A stretch of DNA of 64,000 bases from Malacoraja senta. Lineage: Eukaryota. Under the pieces are notes generated by a model. It was not told where the DNA came from. It did no database searches and worked only from the letters and a program-made list of their open reading frames with translations. The stretch spans positions 20,648,001 through 20,712,000 of the forward strand of contig CM075988.1 in NCBI GenBank assembly GCA_038087875.1. Direction: 5' to 3'. Below, piece after piece: positions 13,095 to 25,537 of the stretch (position 1 is its first letter; every line of letters begins with the position of its first letter). Position numbers and translations under genes: made by a program.

Positions 13095-13812
13095 TCAATG
13101 GCAAAACTCTTAACTGCATTGATGTGCGGAGAGATCTCGGAGTGCAGGTTCATAGCTCACTAAATGTGCCAGCATATGTAGATAGAGTGATTATGCTTGC
13201 CTTCATTGCTAGAGGCACTGAACATTAGAGTCGGGAAGTCATGATGCATCTCTATAGGATTTTAGTTAGGCTACATTTGCAGTATTGCATGCAGTTCTAG
13301 TTGCCCTGTTACAGGAAAGATGTGGAGGCTTTGGAAAAGGTGCAGAGAAGATTTACCAGAGTGCTGCTTGGATTAAACTGCAGGTAGAGTTTAGATAGAC
13401 TTGGATTGTTTTCTCTGCAATGTAAGAGTTTGAGGGCAGGGCAATAGAAACATATACAATTATGAGAGGCATAGATAGCGTAGACAGTCAGAACCTTTCT
13501 CCCAGGGTGGAAATGTCCAACACTGGAGGGCATAGCTATAAGTTGAGAGGGGAAAAGTTTAATGGAGATGTGCGGGGCAGGTTTTCTTCACAGAGAGTGG
13601 TGGGGGCCTGGAAGGTTTCAGCAGGGGTGGTGGTGGTGGCAGATGCGATAGTGGTGTTGAAGAGGCTTCTGGATAGGGACACGGTAGTGCAGAGAACAGA
13701 GGGATATGGATCATGTACAGGCAAACAAAATTAGTTTAACTCGGCATTATGCTTGGCACAAACATTGTGGGCCGAAGGGCCCGTTCCTGTGGTGTACTAT
13801 TCTATGTTCTAT
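13095..13812 (+). mobile_element. Older CR1 3' fragment. Similar decayed pieces at ~1345-1630, 5170-5735, 7560-7890, 17140-17640, 22200-23010, 27720-28230, 46730-47395, 49100-49640, 52880-53235, 54598-54925, 63795-64000
   Basis: RDLGVQVHSSL..MRGIDSVDSQNLSPRVEMS..SQRVVGAW; tail GGGCCGAAGGGCC.GTTCCTGTG..GTAC..TTCTATGTTCTAT. Confidence 0.85.
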
Positions 13813-14380
13813 GAAACCCACTACTATTTTACTTACTTTAAGTCTGAAGAAGGGTCTCAACCCGAAGCGTCACCCATTCCTTATCTCCAGCGATGCTGCC
13901 TGTCTCGCTGAGTTGCTCCAGCATTTTATGCCTTATTACTTTAATGCGTGTTAGGGTGTCACACACCTCCTACAAGGTAGAGGGCAGCATTGACTGGGCG
14001 AGAGGTTTAATCAGCAGTGCCAGTGTAATGACCTGAGATTAGGAGCTCAATGTAAATCTGGTTCCTCGGTGGCCCCATGGGATTCCTCCTTCCTCCACCA
14101 GGATCCATCCTGTGGCCCAGCTTTGGACTGAATGAACAAACCCAACACGCACGAGGCAGAGAGTTTTCACAGGATAACCACGCCTTTAATGCACGGTTAA
14201 TGCAAGGATATTACACTCTCGACAAAAAAACCCCCCCACAAAGTACCGGAATAACTCAGTGTGTCAAGCAGCATCTCTGGAGAACATGGATAGGTGAGCC
14301 ACATGTGGACTAGGTATTCCAGTGTGATATATCTTGAAAATACTTTAATTTAGCTACCTCTAACATTGTCCTCAGGCTTG

Positions 14381-14434
14381 GGGGTGGGAGATTGCAACCT
14401 TCACGTGGTCCGCCCTGTTTCAACGAATGCAATC
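14381..14434 (+). ncRNA. Minimal HDV-like self-cleaving ribozyme (essentially no P4) at the 5' end of a mini-retroposon
   Basis: Nested double pseudoknot paired by hand. P1 GGGGTGG 14381-87 with CCGCCCT 14410-16 (G1.U wobble). P2 GATTGCA 14390-96 with TGCAATC 14428-34. P3 ACC 14397-99 with GGT 14407-09. L3 TTCACGT 14400-06. G14417 available for P1.1. J4/2 CGAA 14424-27, putative catalytic C14424. Activity not tested. Confidence 0.85.
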
Positions 14435-14517
14435 AACCTGGCGTGCACAATCAAACAAGATCAAATAGAACAAGTTGTTCTACAACTTTAGGCTGTGCAC
14501 GCCGTATGCAAGAAGAA
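14381..14517 (+). mobile_element. ~137 bp non-autonomous retroposon: ribozyme head, stem-loop body, (AAG)n tail; probably mobilised by an Ingi/Vingi- or RTE-type LINE
   Basis: Perfect 11 bp TSD GTCCTCAGGCT (14368-78, 14518-28). Tail ...GTATGCAAGAAGAA(G). Body stem GGCGTGCACA 14440-49 / TGTGCACGCC 14494-503 encloses hairpin TAGAACAA-G-TTGTTCTA 14466-82. No pol III A/B boxes. Partner LINE is inferred. Confidence 0.85.
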
Positions 14518-17500
14518 GTCCTCAGGCTCTGCTTTCGGGGGCTCAGGAAGGATGGTTGGACAGGTCAACATGGACAAGCTGGGCCGAAGAGCATGTTTCC
14601 ATGCTGAATGACTATATGACAATGATGCCACACAGAAGACCATTTGGCCCATAACTCTTGTGCTAGACTTTATGAAGGAGCTCACGATATAACCTCATGC
14701 GCTGTGCTTCACGACACATGTTTCTCTGCATACCCATGAACTTATTCCAGTCCAGAACATTATCTACTTCCACGTTGAAAGTGCGTGCCTGAACTTCATC
14801 CACCTTTTTAGTTAGCACGCTCCAAATCACAGAAACTCCCTGGATTATTGCAAATCATATTGTCATCTTCGTCAATGACAATACTTCATTTAAAATATTT
14901 AAGACAATAAAGCCTATCCAACCATTAATGAATAGTCTCTGATTCTCCAGTCTCACTTCCTTGTTATTCTGATGGGTTTTTTCACATTGTGTCCATTTAA
15001 AAACCAAATAGAGTAAGAAGTAAAAGATGAAATTCTTCCAAATCGTTTTATTTGGACATTGTTGTTTGGCCTCTGCAATAAATGAATGACATGCCAGTTG
15101 ACTACAGTGAATTAACCCTGGTGTAAATAAATGGCAAAAGAATTAAATGGAGGTTGACAGTACGAGAGAGAATAAGTTGATTGTAGACATAGAGCTATGC
15201 AGATGGTAACAGGCCCATCTCTCCCATTGCCCCACCACCCTATTCCCCTTCTCCCCATCCCATTCCACCTATAATCCCTTCACCTGGTTTCACATTTCAC
15301 TCTTTTAGTTTAGAAATACCGCGTGGAAACAGGCCCTTCAGCCCACTGAGTCTGCGCCGACCAGTGATCAACCATGCACTAGTTCTATCCAATTCTGTCC
15401 CTGCAGCCCATTCTGCCAGCCCATACTCATGATCAATACCTGATTGCAATCTTTATTAATTGGAGTTCCTCCGTATATTCAAAACTATTTTGTGCGTGAA
15501 GATAAAGCAGAGGTTGATGTTAATGTCAGGGCCAGCACAGGGTTTAAGGAATGGATCTAATAGCCAAGCCCTTGACCACTCAGCTCAGTCCGTGATCACC
15601 AAACCACATGGCTTTGGAATGTGTGATGTGTATTTGGGGTTGCACAGTGGTGCATGGTAGAGCTGCTGCCTCACAGCGCCAGAGACCCGGGTTCGATTCT
15701 GACCTGGGATGTCGTCTGTGTGGAGTTTGCACATTCCCCCTGTGGCCACATGCATTTCCTCCAGGTGCTCCAGTTTCCTCCCACAGCCCAAAGACGTGCA
15801 GGGTTTGTAGGTTAAGTGGCCCTCTGTAAATCGTCCCCTAGTGTGCAGGCAGTGGATGTGACGGTGAGACAGAATAGAGCTATTGTGAACGGGTATTCGA
15901 TGGCTGGCTAAAGGGCCTGTTTCCATGCTATATCGCTAAACTAAACTACCCAAAACTCTCGGAAACTGAGCTAAGTCGTAGCTAACTCAGAGTTAAGCGG
16001 CAGCTGAAGAAAAGGATTGTTATAATGAAGCAGCTGATGAGCAATGTTGCTTGGAACCCTCCAGAGAATAGGGCAAGCAGGAAGGCATGCATCCCAAATG
16101 TGGAATGTTCTGCATCTGCTGGATATCTATAAATACTTTCACAGATGATAAGTTATCTCCATGCGAGGCACCAGTTACTGAGGAGAGTCCTGTGTTCTAG
16201 CAGTGGATTATTATGAGGTTAAAGTCTTGCGTTCCAGGAATAACTACACATTTGCAGTCACATTACTGGTGAACCTTGGGGTTGTTGTGTAACTGGGACT
16301 TTAGAATGTTTGAAGCTGCCTTACATCAAGATACTGAATGTGCAAAAAAGCATTTGTTGTTTTTGTTGAGACAATGTGCTTATAGATACAGGAAACGTCC
16401 GGACTTATCAAACAGACAGACCACAGGGCAGCGCAGAAGGAATTAAAGAGTAGGATTTCACAACCCACCAGGGGTTGGGTAACGTGTGCCTGAGACACAA
16501 AATGGTGTCAGGAACATTAAATCTGCCATCATTCTCATGCTCAAACTCAGGACTTTTCGGCCTTCCAGGGTTTGAGGTGCAGAGAGCTAGCATAGAAGAA
16601 GAAAGGTTTTATTCCACAGGTTTCTGAACGGCCCTTCCAAAAGCTAGGTTACTGTCTGATTCACCTCTACACCATTGCAAACATTGGACTTTGTCTATGA
16701 AACTAATGCACTACAATGCTGAGAACTATATTCTGCACTCTGTTTCTCTCCATTTGCTCTATCTATTATACTTATATTACACTGGTTAGCACGTAACAAA
16801 AAACTTTTCACTGTACCTCAGTACACCTGACAATAAACTGAACCAAACTAAATTTGGGTTTGACTTGATTGGATGTGTTGATGTGCAGTATGATCTGACT
16901 TGATTGGAGAACATGCAAAACAAAGCTTCTCACTGTACCTTGGTACTGAAAATAATAAACCTTGACCTAAACCTGTTAAAATCAATCACTACAGTCTTTT
17001 GTGTCAAGTTACAAAGAAATCCTAATGTTAGGGGCTAGCCAATTGATAGTGAGAGCATATCAACAGAGGTGCTTCTTCTTACAGTACATACAGAACCCAC
17101 ATCGCCCTCATGGCAAGATCCTGATCCTACATCATGAGCTTATAAGTTTGTGTTCATAAGTCACAGGAGCAGAATTAGGCCATTAACCCATTGAGTCTAC
17201 TCCACCATTTGTTCATGGCTGATCTATCTTTCCCACTCAACCCAATTATCCTGTCTTCTCCCTGTAATGGACAATAGACAATAGGTGCAGGAGTAGGCCA
17301 TTCGGCCCTTCGAGCCAACACCGCCATTCAATGTGATCATGGCTGATCATCCCCAATCAGTACCCCGTTCCTGCCTTCTCCCCATATCCCCTGACTCCGC
17401 TAATTTTAAGAGCCCTATCTAGCTCTCTCTTGAAAGCATCCAGAGAACCTGCCTCCACCGCCCTCTGAGGTGGTCTTTGCTAATTAAGAACCTTACTAAT

Positions 17501-17623
17501 TAAGAACCTGTCAATCTCCACTTTAAAAACACCCAATGACTCGGCCTCTACCGACATCTGTCGCAATGAATTCCATAGATTCACCACCCTCTAAAGAAAT
17601 TCCTCCTCATCTCCTTTTTCAAG

Positions 17624-17742
17624 GTATGTCTTTTTATTCTGCGTATGAGTACATCCTTTTATTCTGAGTATGTCCGTTTATTCTGACTACGTCCTTTAAT
17701 TCTGAGTACGCCCTTTTATTCTGAGTATGTCCATTTATTCTG
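17624..17742 (+). repeat. Minisatellite, ~6 copies of a ~19 bp unit CCTTTTATTCTGAGTAYGT, at the break of a CR1 fragment
   Basis: Direct reading; the unit derives from the adjacent CR1 sequence GGTAYGTCYTTTTATTCTG. Confidence 0.85.
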
Positions 17743-18837
17743 AAGGATACAAAAGACAAAGCCAGGTCATTTCTGAACATCTGCTGGCAGGGGCTATTCC
17801 CCACAGGTAATGCCTATACTGCTCAACCAAGCTTGGAAACTTTAGCAGCTTATTTGTAGTTTAACAGAGTCATAGAGTCATAGAGCAAAGAAACTGGCCC
17901 TTTGGCCCAACCCGCCCATGCTGATCAAGATGCCCCTTCTAAGCTAGTCCCATTTACCTGTTTTGGCTCAAATTCCTTTCCTATCCATGTACCTGTGCAA
18001 ATGTCTTTTAACTATTAATATTCTTCAGATCACGTTCAGGGCCCTTTGATTATTTACATTGGCTGTCATGTTCTTTGGAACACGCAGTTTTCTCAATGCG
18101 TATGTACCATAATCCCATTAGTCAAGAGAGTCTTTGACGTTCCAGCTTCTCAAACAACATAATAATTTTGAAGAAATTCAACTTTGCACCAAGAACTTAG
18201 AGACTCAACAAATAAATTTCTTTAAGAGTGTTGTCTTGTAAATAAAGCTCTATCTCTTGAGTTATAAGTTTACTTGATCTCGATACATTCATGGAGACAT
18301 TACAATTCTGGTAAACTGGAATTTGTTGAAACTGTTCTGTGTCTAAATTCACACCATTCTATTCACCCATCACCAGTTGCTTTCTGATGATATTTGGTTG
18401 TTGGTTAAAGTCCTTGACTTTAATATAATAATTCGCAATTGTAGATTCTCTCCGTTGTTTAACGCCTCTCTGCTTTTGCAATTTCCTCCAGGCTTAAAAG
18501 CCTCCGACATCAATGTGCTTTTCCAAATCTGTCAATTTAAACAAAACTCAAAATGCTGGAGGAGCTCAGTGGGCCAGGCAGCATCTGTGGAGGGAATGGA
18601 CAGGAGGCACGTTGGATCAGAACCCTTCTTCAGAGTGAAGAATTGTCTCAAAGTGAAACGTCACCTGTCCATTCCCTCCACAGATGCTGCCTGAACCACT
18701 AAGTTCCTCCAACACTTTGTGCTTTGGTCAAACATCTGCAGTTCTTTGTGTCTGTCATCTTAAAGGTTCTCAAAGTCCTTCACTCCAGTACCATGGGCAT
18801 GTCTTCAGCTCCAAGTGGCCAAGCTCTGGAGTTGCCT

Positions 18838-19402
18838 CCATAACTGCGTACAGTTTTGGTCTCCAAATCTGAGGAAGGACATTATAGCCATAGAGGGAGT
18901 GCAAAGAAGGTTCACCAGACTGATTCCTGGGATGTCAGGACTTACATATGAAGAAAGACTGGATAGACTTGGCTTATACTCGCTAGAATTTAGGAGATTG
19001 AGAGGGGATCTTATAGAAACGTACAAAATTCTTATGGGGTTGGACAGGCTAGATGCAGGAAGATTGTTCCCGATGTTGGGGAAGTCCAGGACAAGGGGTC
19101 ACAGCTTAAGGATAAGGGGGAAATCCTTTAAGACCGAGATGAGGAAAAACTTTTTCACACAGAGAGTGGTGAATCTCTGGAACTCTCTGCCACAGAGGGT
19201 AGTTGAGGCCAGTTCATTGGCTATATTTAAGAGGGAGTTAGATGTGGCCCTTGTGGCTAAAGGGATCAGGGGGTATGGAGAGAAGGCAGGTACGGGATAC
19301 TGAGTTGGATGATCAGCCATGATCATATTGAATGGCGGTGCAGGCTCGAAGGGCCGAATGGCCTACTCCTGCACCTATTTTCTATGTATCTATGTATCTA
19401 TA
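18838..19402 (+). mobile_element. CR1/HER1-like LINE 3' fragment (young)
   Basis: CVQFWSPNLRKDIIAIEGVQRRFTRLIPG..FFTQRVVNLWNSLP to stop at 19303; 3' UTR with GGGCCGAATGGCCT stem and (TCTATGTA)n tail. Confidence 0.92.
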
Positions 19403-22400
19403 ATCATCTTCACCTGTTTTTCCTCTTGTAAGTTTGTTCTCCCTCTTCAACCAATATTAGTTGCTAGTGCTTCTGAGAACCATCTTTGAATGTTTTACAT
19501 AGTAAAGGCACTTTAAATGGAAATGGTTGTATTTATATAATTTATAATGGACAGTTGATGGACAGTAAGAACAGTTTTTCTTCCTCAATACCTTTTATGT
19601 ATTTGTTCAAGATTGTCAGGGAGGATGTTCATTCAAAATGACTACGTACAGAGAAAAAGAGTTCCTTTGTCTCACTGTCCAAAGCTGGCAATGTGCTGTT
19701 CTGATATTTTCTATGCCTGTCATATGGTTGAACCATTCAAGATCTCAGAGTGAGTTGGCTGGTGTTTTATCTGCTCTCTGAAAGCAATTAGGGTGGATTT
19801 TTTCTTATGACAAGGCCATTGTTTTGTTAAATGTTACTGCAGTCTAGTTTGGTTTAAGTAGAAGTTAGCTATGATGGTTGACTCAGTGGGAGTTCTGAAG
19901 ATTAACACAGTTTCTATCCATAAATGCATCTTATGGCATCTTATCACATCGACCCACAACTGCGGGTTTGAATTCAATTGATCATTTTTTATTTATTTTT
20001 TAAGTCATGATTTCGCTCTGCACTCATCCACATAAGGACACTACACTTGGCATGCTGACAAGTGATGTTTCCTCTAGAGCTCCTGCTGATTATTGGACTG
20101 CTCATGAAATATGATCCAAAACAATATTTTTCCACTTGAAAAGCGATCCAAAACCTATGTTCCAGCATTGAACCATTAATTTCTAATTAGCCCCCCTACA
20201 AATTTACAATTGCATATGTGCATCAATTTTTTGCAGCCTGAAAATAAAAATTCATCAATGAGACAGACGCTGAGATGGAGATGAGATGGGGCATTAAGAA
20301 TGGTGTATCTATGAGGCTCATGGATATGCAGGGATTTGAGGGATATGGATCAATTAAAGGCAGATAATTGGTTTATCTGGATATTATGTTCATCACAGAC
20401 AACGTGGCCTGACGGGCCTATTCCTATGCTCATGGAACATTGAGTTAGTTTGCAACTATTTATTTTTATTGCTTTGCAGGGTTTAATGTGCAAATAATGT
20501 ATATGAAATTCCAACATAATTTATGATAATCTAGGCATAATCTATGAATAACACTTAGAATTCATGTTTTTGTGTGTTCCCTGAGTCTACATGCCTGTGA
20601 TGCTACTGCAAGCAAGACTTTCATTGTACCTGTACCTCACCACAATAAACTTGATAAGCAGCGGAATACACAATATCTGCCAACTCACAAAGAAGGGTCT
20701 CGACCCGAAACGTCACCCATTCCTTCTCTCCAGAGATGCTGACTTTTCCTGCTGAGTTACCCCAGCTTTTTGTGTCCATCTTTGGTTTAAACCAGCATTT
20801 GCTGTTCCTTCCTACACAACTCACAATTTAATATGCTTGTTATGATCCTGTTGCATTTGGAGAGCGCAGAAAGTTTCCATTTAAGGACCAATTAGTTTGA
20901 ATTAAGAGATAAATAAAGCTAACAAATATCTCGGTGCTTAAATGCTGACAAGGAACCTCCTCTTGCGTGTAATTGGGATACAGGCGATGACAACACGTTA
21001 AATTCCCAATGGGGTGGCAGTCGAGGCCATGAGTGGCATAAGCATTCATGGTGATGCCAGCACTAATTTCCAGGAGACATTTATTTGTATTCATATAAGT
21101 AACTTGATAAATGTATATTTTGATGCGATGTCAACTTATATTGACTTGGACAAAACTCAAAGTGTTTCTATTAAGTTTATTTAATTAATGCGACACCACT
21201 TTTCTCTGCATGCACTTTGGAACTAGTCCTAATCCAGCTCAATGGAAAGCCATCAGCACTGCCATTCATTTGTTTTAACTATTTGGCCTCAAATTTGAGA
21301 TTAGACAGTGCCTTAAACATAAACAAGGACCATGGAAGGTCAGTGATTAATCATTGGCGTAAAGCTCCAGCTTTCACTTTGGAATTTAGGTTTAAGTCTA
21401 TTTTAGCTCATTCTGCTGATGACAGTCACTCAGTAGAACATTTGAAATAACATTCCCAATCTAGCCGACATCCCCTCTATTGAAACACACAAGTGGTGTG
21501 CAACGCACACAGCTAGTTGCACGCAACTGTACCCAATATGAGGGTAGCTGATGATCAGTACTTTTTCCATGGTTAAGCACCAACCTGGGCGGCACAGTGG
21601 CGCAGCGGGTAGAGCTGCTTCCTCTCAGCGCCAGAAAACCCGGTTCGATCCTGAACTCGGGTGCTGCTTGTGTGGAGTTTGGAATGTTCTCCCTGGGACT
21701 GCATGGGTTTCCTCCGGGTGCTCTGGTTTCCTCCCACATCTCAAAGACATGCAGGTTTGTGGGTTAACTGGCCTCTGTAAATTGAGACGTGGGATAACTA
21801 GTCTGAATGGGTGATCAACGGTCGGCGTGGACTAGAACAGTGGGGATATTCGCAGAGGTTGTGGAACCCAGCACAGTATTACATGAGCGTTAGACACTGG
21901 AATACCTCTCTCATTGGGCATGTCAGAGATAATTTGTCAACAGAATCAGTGCAGTGGGGCAACGGTACAGCGGCTGCCTCACAGCGGCAGAGACCCACAT
22001 TCGATCCTGACCTCAGGTGCTGATTTTGTACATTCTCCCTGGACCGTGTGCTCCAATTTCCTCCCGCATCCCAAAATACGTGCAGGTTTGTAAGTTAATT
22101 GGCCTCTGTAAATTGTTGCTAGTGTTTCGGATGAAAAAGTGGGATAACATAGAACAAGTGTATGGGTGATCGACGGTTGATATGGACTGTTTCATTAGTT
22201 CATGTCATAGTAGCAGAATTAGGCCATTCAGCTCATTGAGTCTCCTTCCCCTTTTAATCATGACTGATCTATCTTTCCTCTCAACCCCATTCTCCTTCCT
22301 TCTCCCCATAATCCCTGACACCCTTACTAATCAAGAATCTGTCATCCTCCACTTTAAAAGTAGACAATAGACAATAGACAATAGGTGCAGGAGTAGGCCA

Positions 22401-23957
22401 TTTGGCCCTTCGAGCCAGCACCAGCAATCAATGTGATCATGGCTGATCATCCACAATCAGTACCCCGTTCCTGCCTTCACCCCATATCCCCTGACTCTGC
22501 TATCTTTAAGAGCCCTATCTAGCTCTCTCTTGAAAGTATCCAGAGAACCGGCCTACACCGCCCTCTGAGGCAGAGAATTCCACAGACTCACAACTCCCTG
22601 TAAGAAAAAGTGTTTCCTCGACACCGTTCTAAATGGCTTACCCCTTATTCTTAAACTGCGGCCCCTGGTTCTGGACTCCCCCAACACCGGGAACATTTCC
22701 TGCCTCTAACGTGTCCAAACCCTTAATAATCTTATGTGTTTCAATAAGATATCCTCTCATCCTTCTAAACTTCAGAGTATCCAAAGACCTGCCTGTGGCA
22801 ATGAATTCCACAGAATCACGACACTCTAGCTAAAGAAATTCCTCCTCAACTCCCTTCTAAAGGCACGTCCTTTTACCCTGATACTCACTAGTGGAATAGT
22901 CCTATACACACCCACTAGTGGAAGCATCCTCTCCACATCCACTCTATCCGGCCTTTCATTATTCAGTAAGTTTCAATGAGATCTCCCCCTCAGCCTTCCC
23001 AAACTCCAGTGAGTGGGCTGAAGAGTCCATTTCCACACTGTCTCACTGAAAACTAAAAGCACAATAAAAAAACTGAAGGATCATTGTAAGATCATTTGCC
23101 AGTAACATAGATGAGAAGAGGGGACTAAATTCTGTAAACCTCTACAATATTAAGAAACCCAGGTAGCTAAATTTTGTTCCCATGGGATCCCAAGGAAAAA
23201 AAGAGTGATGTAATAATGTGACTGGAATAGCTCAGTGAGTTACGTGCAGCGGAATTATGGATTGAACAAAGCTAATTGTTCACAGTGTGTACAATGACGT
23301 AATTGGGGCAATGAATGGGGTGGACACATTGGGCTTAATGACCCCTTTCTGTTCAGTAAACCTTCTGTGTCTACAGTCTCTGTATATTTTTCTCTTTTTC
23401 AATACTTGTCATTTTCCTTGCCACTTACAGAGTTGCTCATTTCTAATGACTGCAAAGGTTAGTAGCCAACTATTTAACATGTTATATCTAATTTAGAGAC
23501 ACAATTCAGCACCACTGGAGGTTCCTGCGAATTCTTTCCCAAACTATCTTCACCAAAATTCAACTCCAAAATTAAACCCAAATCTAAAAGAGCACATTAT
23601 ACGCTGGATAAAATCTTTTATTTCTCACTAATGTTGCTTGAACAATGGAACGGTTTAGAATATTGTATAATCTTGAGAAACCCATTATAGTATCTAATAC
23701 AAAAAAGGGAACGTTACAAATATACAGCCTGACTGAAATAATTTTCCCAAAATATCAGTTACATAATTCCAGAAATATTCTCACGAACCGCACAGCACAT
23801 CTGAAAACATGGAGAAAAATTGCTTTCTTCCTGTCGATTCCTTGAAATTAACTCCTGGTGTGTGTTTCAAACCCACACAGAGGATCTGACGGTGTAACTA
23901 TGGTCCACACACTTCAGGGAGAGCTGTGACATGAAGCCAAGGCAAACACTAAAAAGC

Positions 23958-24398
23958 TTGTGCAGGAAGGAACTGCAGATGCTGGTTTACACCGAAGATA
24001 CACAGATTGGAGGAATAGCACCTCATATTTCGCTTGGGCAGCTTATAACCCAGCGGTAGGAATATTGACTTCTCTAACTTCGTAACCCTCGCTTTCCCTC
24101 TCTCTCCATTCCTTCCCCACCCTACTTCTCCGACCAGTCTGAATGTCCGCCTGATTACATTTTACATCGTATGCCTCATTGTCCCCTTCCCCTAGCTAAC
24201 ATTGACCTAATCTACATTTTCCTTGATCTTAGTCCCCTTTGGTCTCTCGTTTTTCACACATTACCCTTCCATAATCTTCCGTTTCCCTCTCCCCTGACTG
24301 TCAGTCCAAAGAAGAGCCTCGACCCGAAACATCACCTGTTCCTTTTCACTAGAGATGCTGTCTGATCCACTGTTACTCCAGCTTTTTGTGTCTATCTT
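23958..24398 (+). mobile_element. PLE 3' fragment (inverted 5' piece, GIY-YIG end, pLTR)
   Basis: TTGGAGGAA..GCACCTCATATTTCGCTTGGGCAGCTTA matches 12172-12210; ends in pLTR. Confidence 0.8.
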
Positions 24399-25217
24399 CT
24401 ATTGCCTCGGCCCCTTTAAGTCCCTCTCTCTCTCTCTAACAAGGCAATAATGTCCCTTCAATTTATGCAAGTCAATGTGTACCAGGAATTAATTGACCAA
24501 GCTTTGATCACATAAATTACAAGTGATTAGCGGAAATACTAAAGCTTCCACTCTGAAAATAATGAGCAGTTGAATAGAAACGTTGGATATCTGTGCATAG
24601 ACACCATTTGAAGATGAAAGTGGCAGAAGGATTTACCACAGTCTCTTGTGAAAAGTGAAACCGCTTTGTCCATTCAGCAGCATTGTGGGTTATGTGCCTT
24701 TGTGTCATTTTCATGGAATAGCTACATCAGTCTAATCTGCCCTGATAGACTCAACAATCCAGTTGGAAGCATTTGCTGGTCACAATATAATTATCTCATC
24801 AAAGTTTATGAACTGTTCGAGGTTCAGTCAGGAACACAGAGGGCAAGATGTTAGCATTAATCTATTTTATCAGCGCACTTTACAAACAGTTTCAACCTCC
24901 ACTATATGGCGTGGATGTTTTGATTCGAAAATTTCATGAATAAGGATTTGAAAGGCAGAAAGGATATTCCAGTTCGATCATTGCCCTGCAAAACTAGATG
25001 TCGAAATCAACATGCATTTGGGTCAGTAATAGAATGGAATTAATCTGGGCAATGCCCGTCAATTAGAACCTTGCTTTCTCAAGCCAAGGATCTTCAGAAA
25101 TAGAACATAGAATAATACCACACAGGAACTCTCTCCCCCTCAGTGTGTCTCTGCCCCAGGTAGTGTAGAGAATAATTATTGTGGGGAAAGAGCAGCATTA
25201 ACCATAGCCTGAACAAA

Positions 25218-25537
25218 TGGGGCGGCACGGTGGCGCAGCAGTAGAGTTACTGCCTTACAGTGCCATAGACCTGGGTTCTATCCTGACTACGGGTGCTGTC
25301 TGTACGGAGTTTGTACGTTCCCCCTGTGACCACATGGGTTTTCTCCCGGTGTTTTCCGGTTTCCTCCCACACTCCAAAGACGTGCAGGTCTGTAAGTTAA
25401 TTGGCTTCGGTAAGTTGTAAAATTGGCCCTAGTGCGTAGGATAGTGCTAGAGTACGGGGTGATGCTGGTGGTCTCGGACTCGGTGGGCCGAAGGGCCTAT
25501 TTCCGTGCTGTATGACTGAAGTCTAAAGTAAAGTCTA
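25218..25537 (+). mobile_element. HE1-like V-SINE. Further + strand copies at ~2083-2200, 2294-2590, 15641-15948, 21587-21832, 21955-22190, 31276-31725, 42450-43015, 51281-51588, 62843-63116
   Basis: GGGCGGCACGGTGGCGCAGC..GTAGAGTT head, V-domain and GGGCCGAAGGGCC tail. Confidence 0.88.

Noticed and set aside
17624..17742. Regular repeats resembling a CRISPR array
   Set aside because: Head-to-tail units with no spacers, derived from CR1, in a eukaryotic context.
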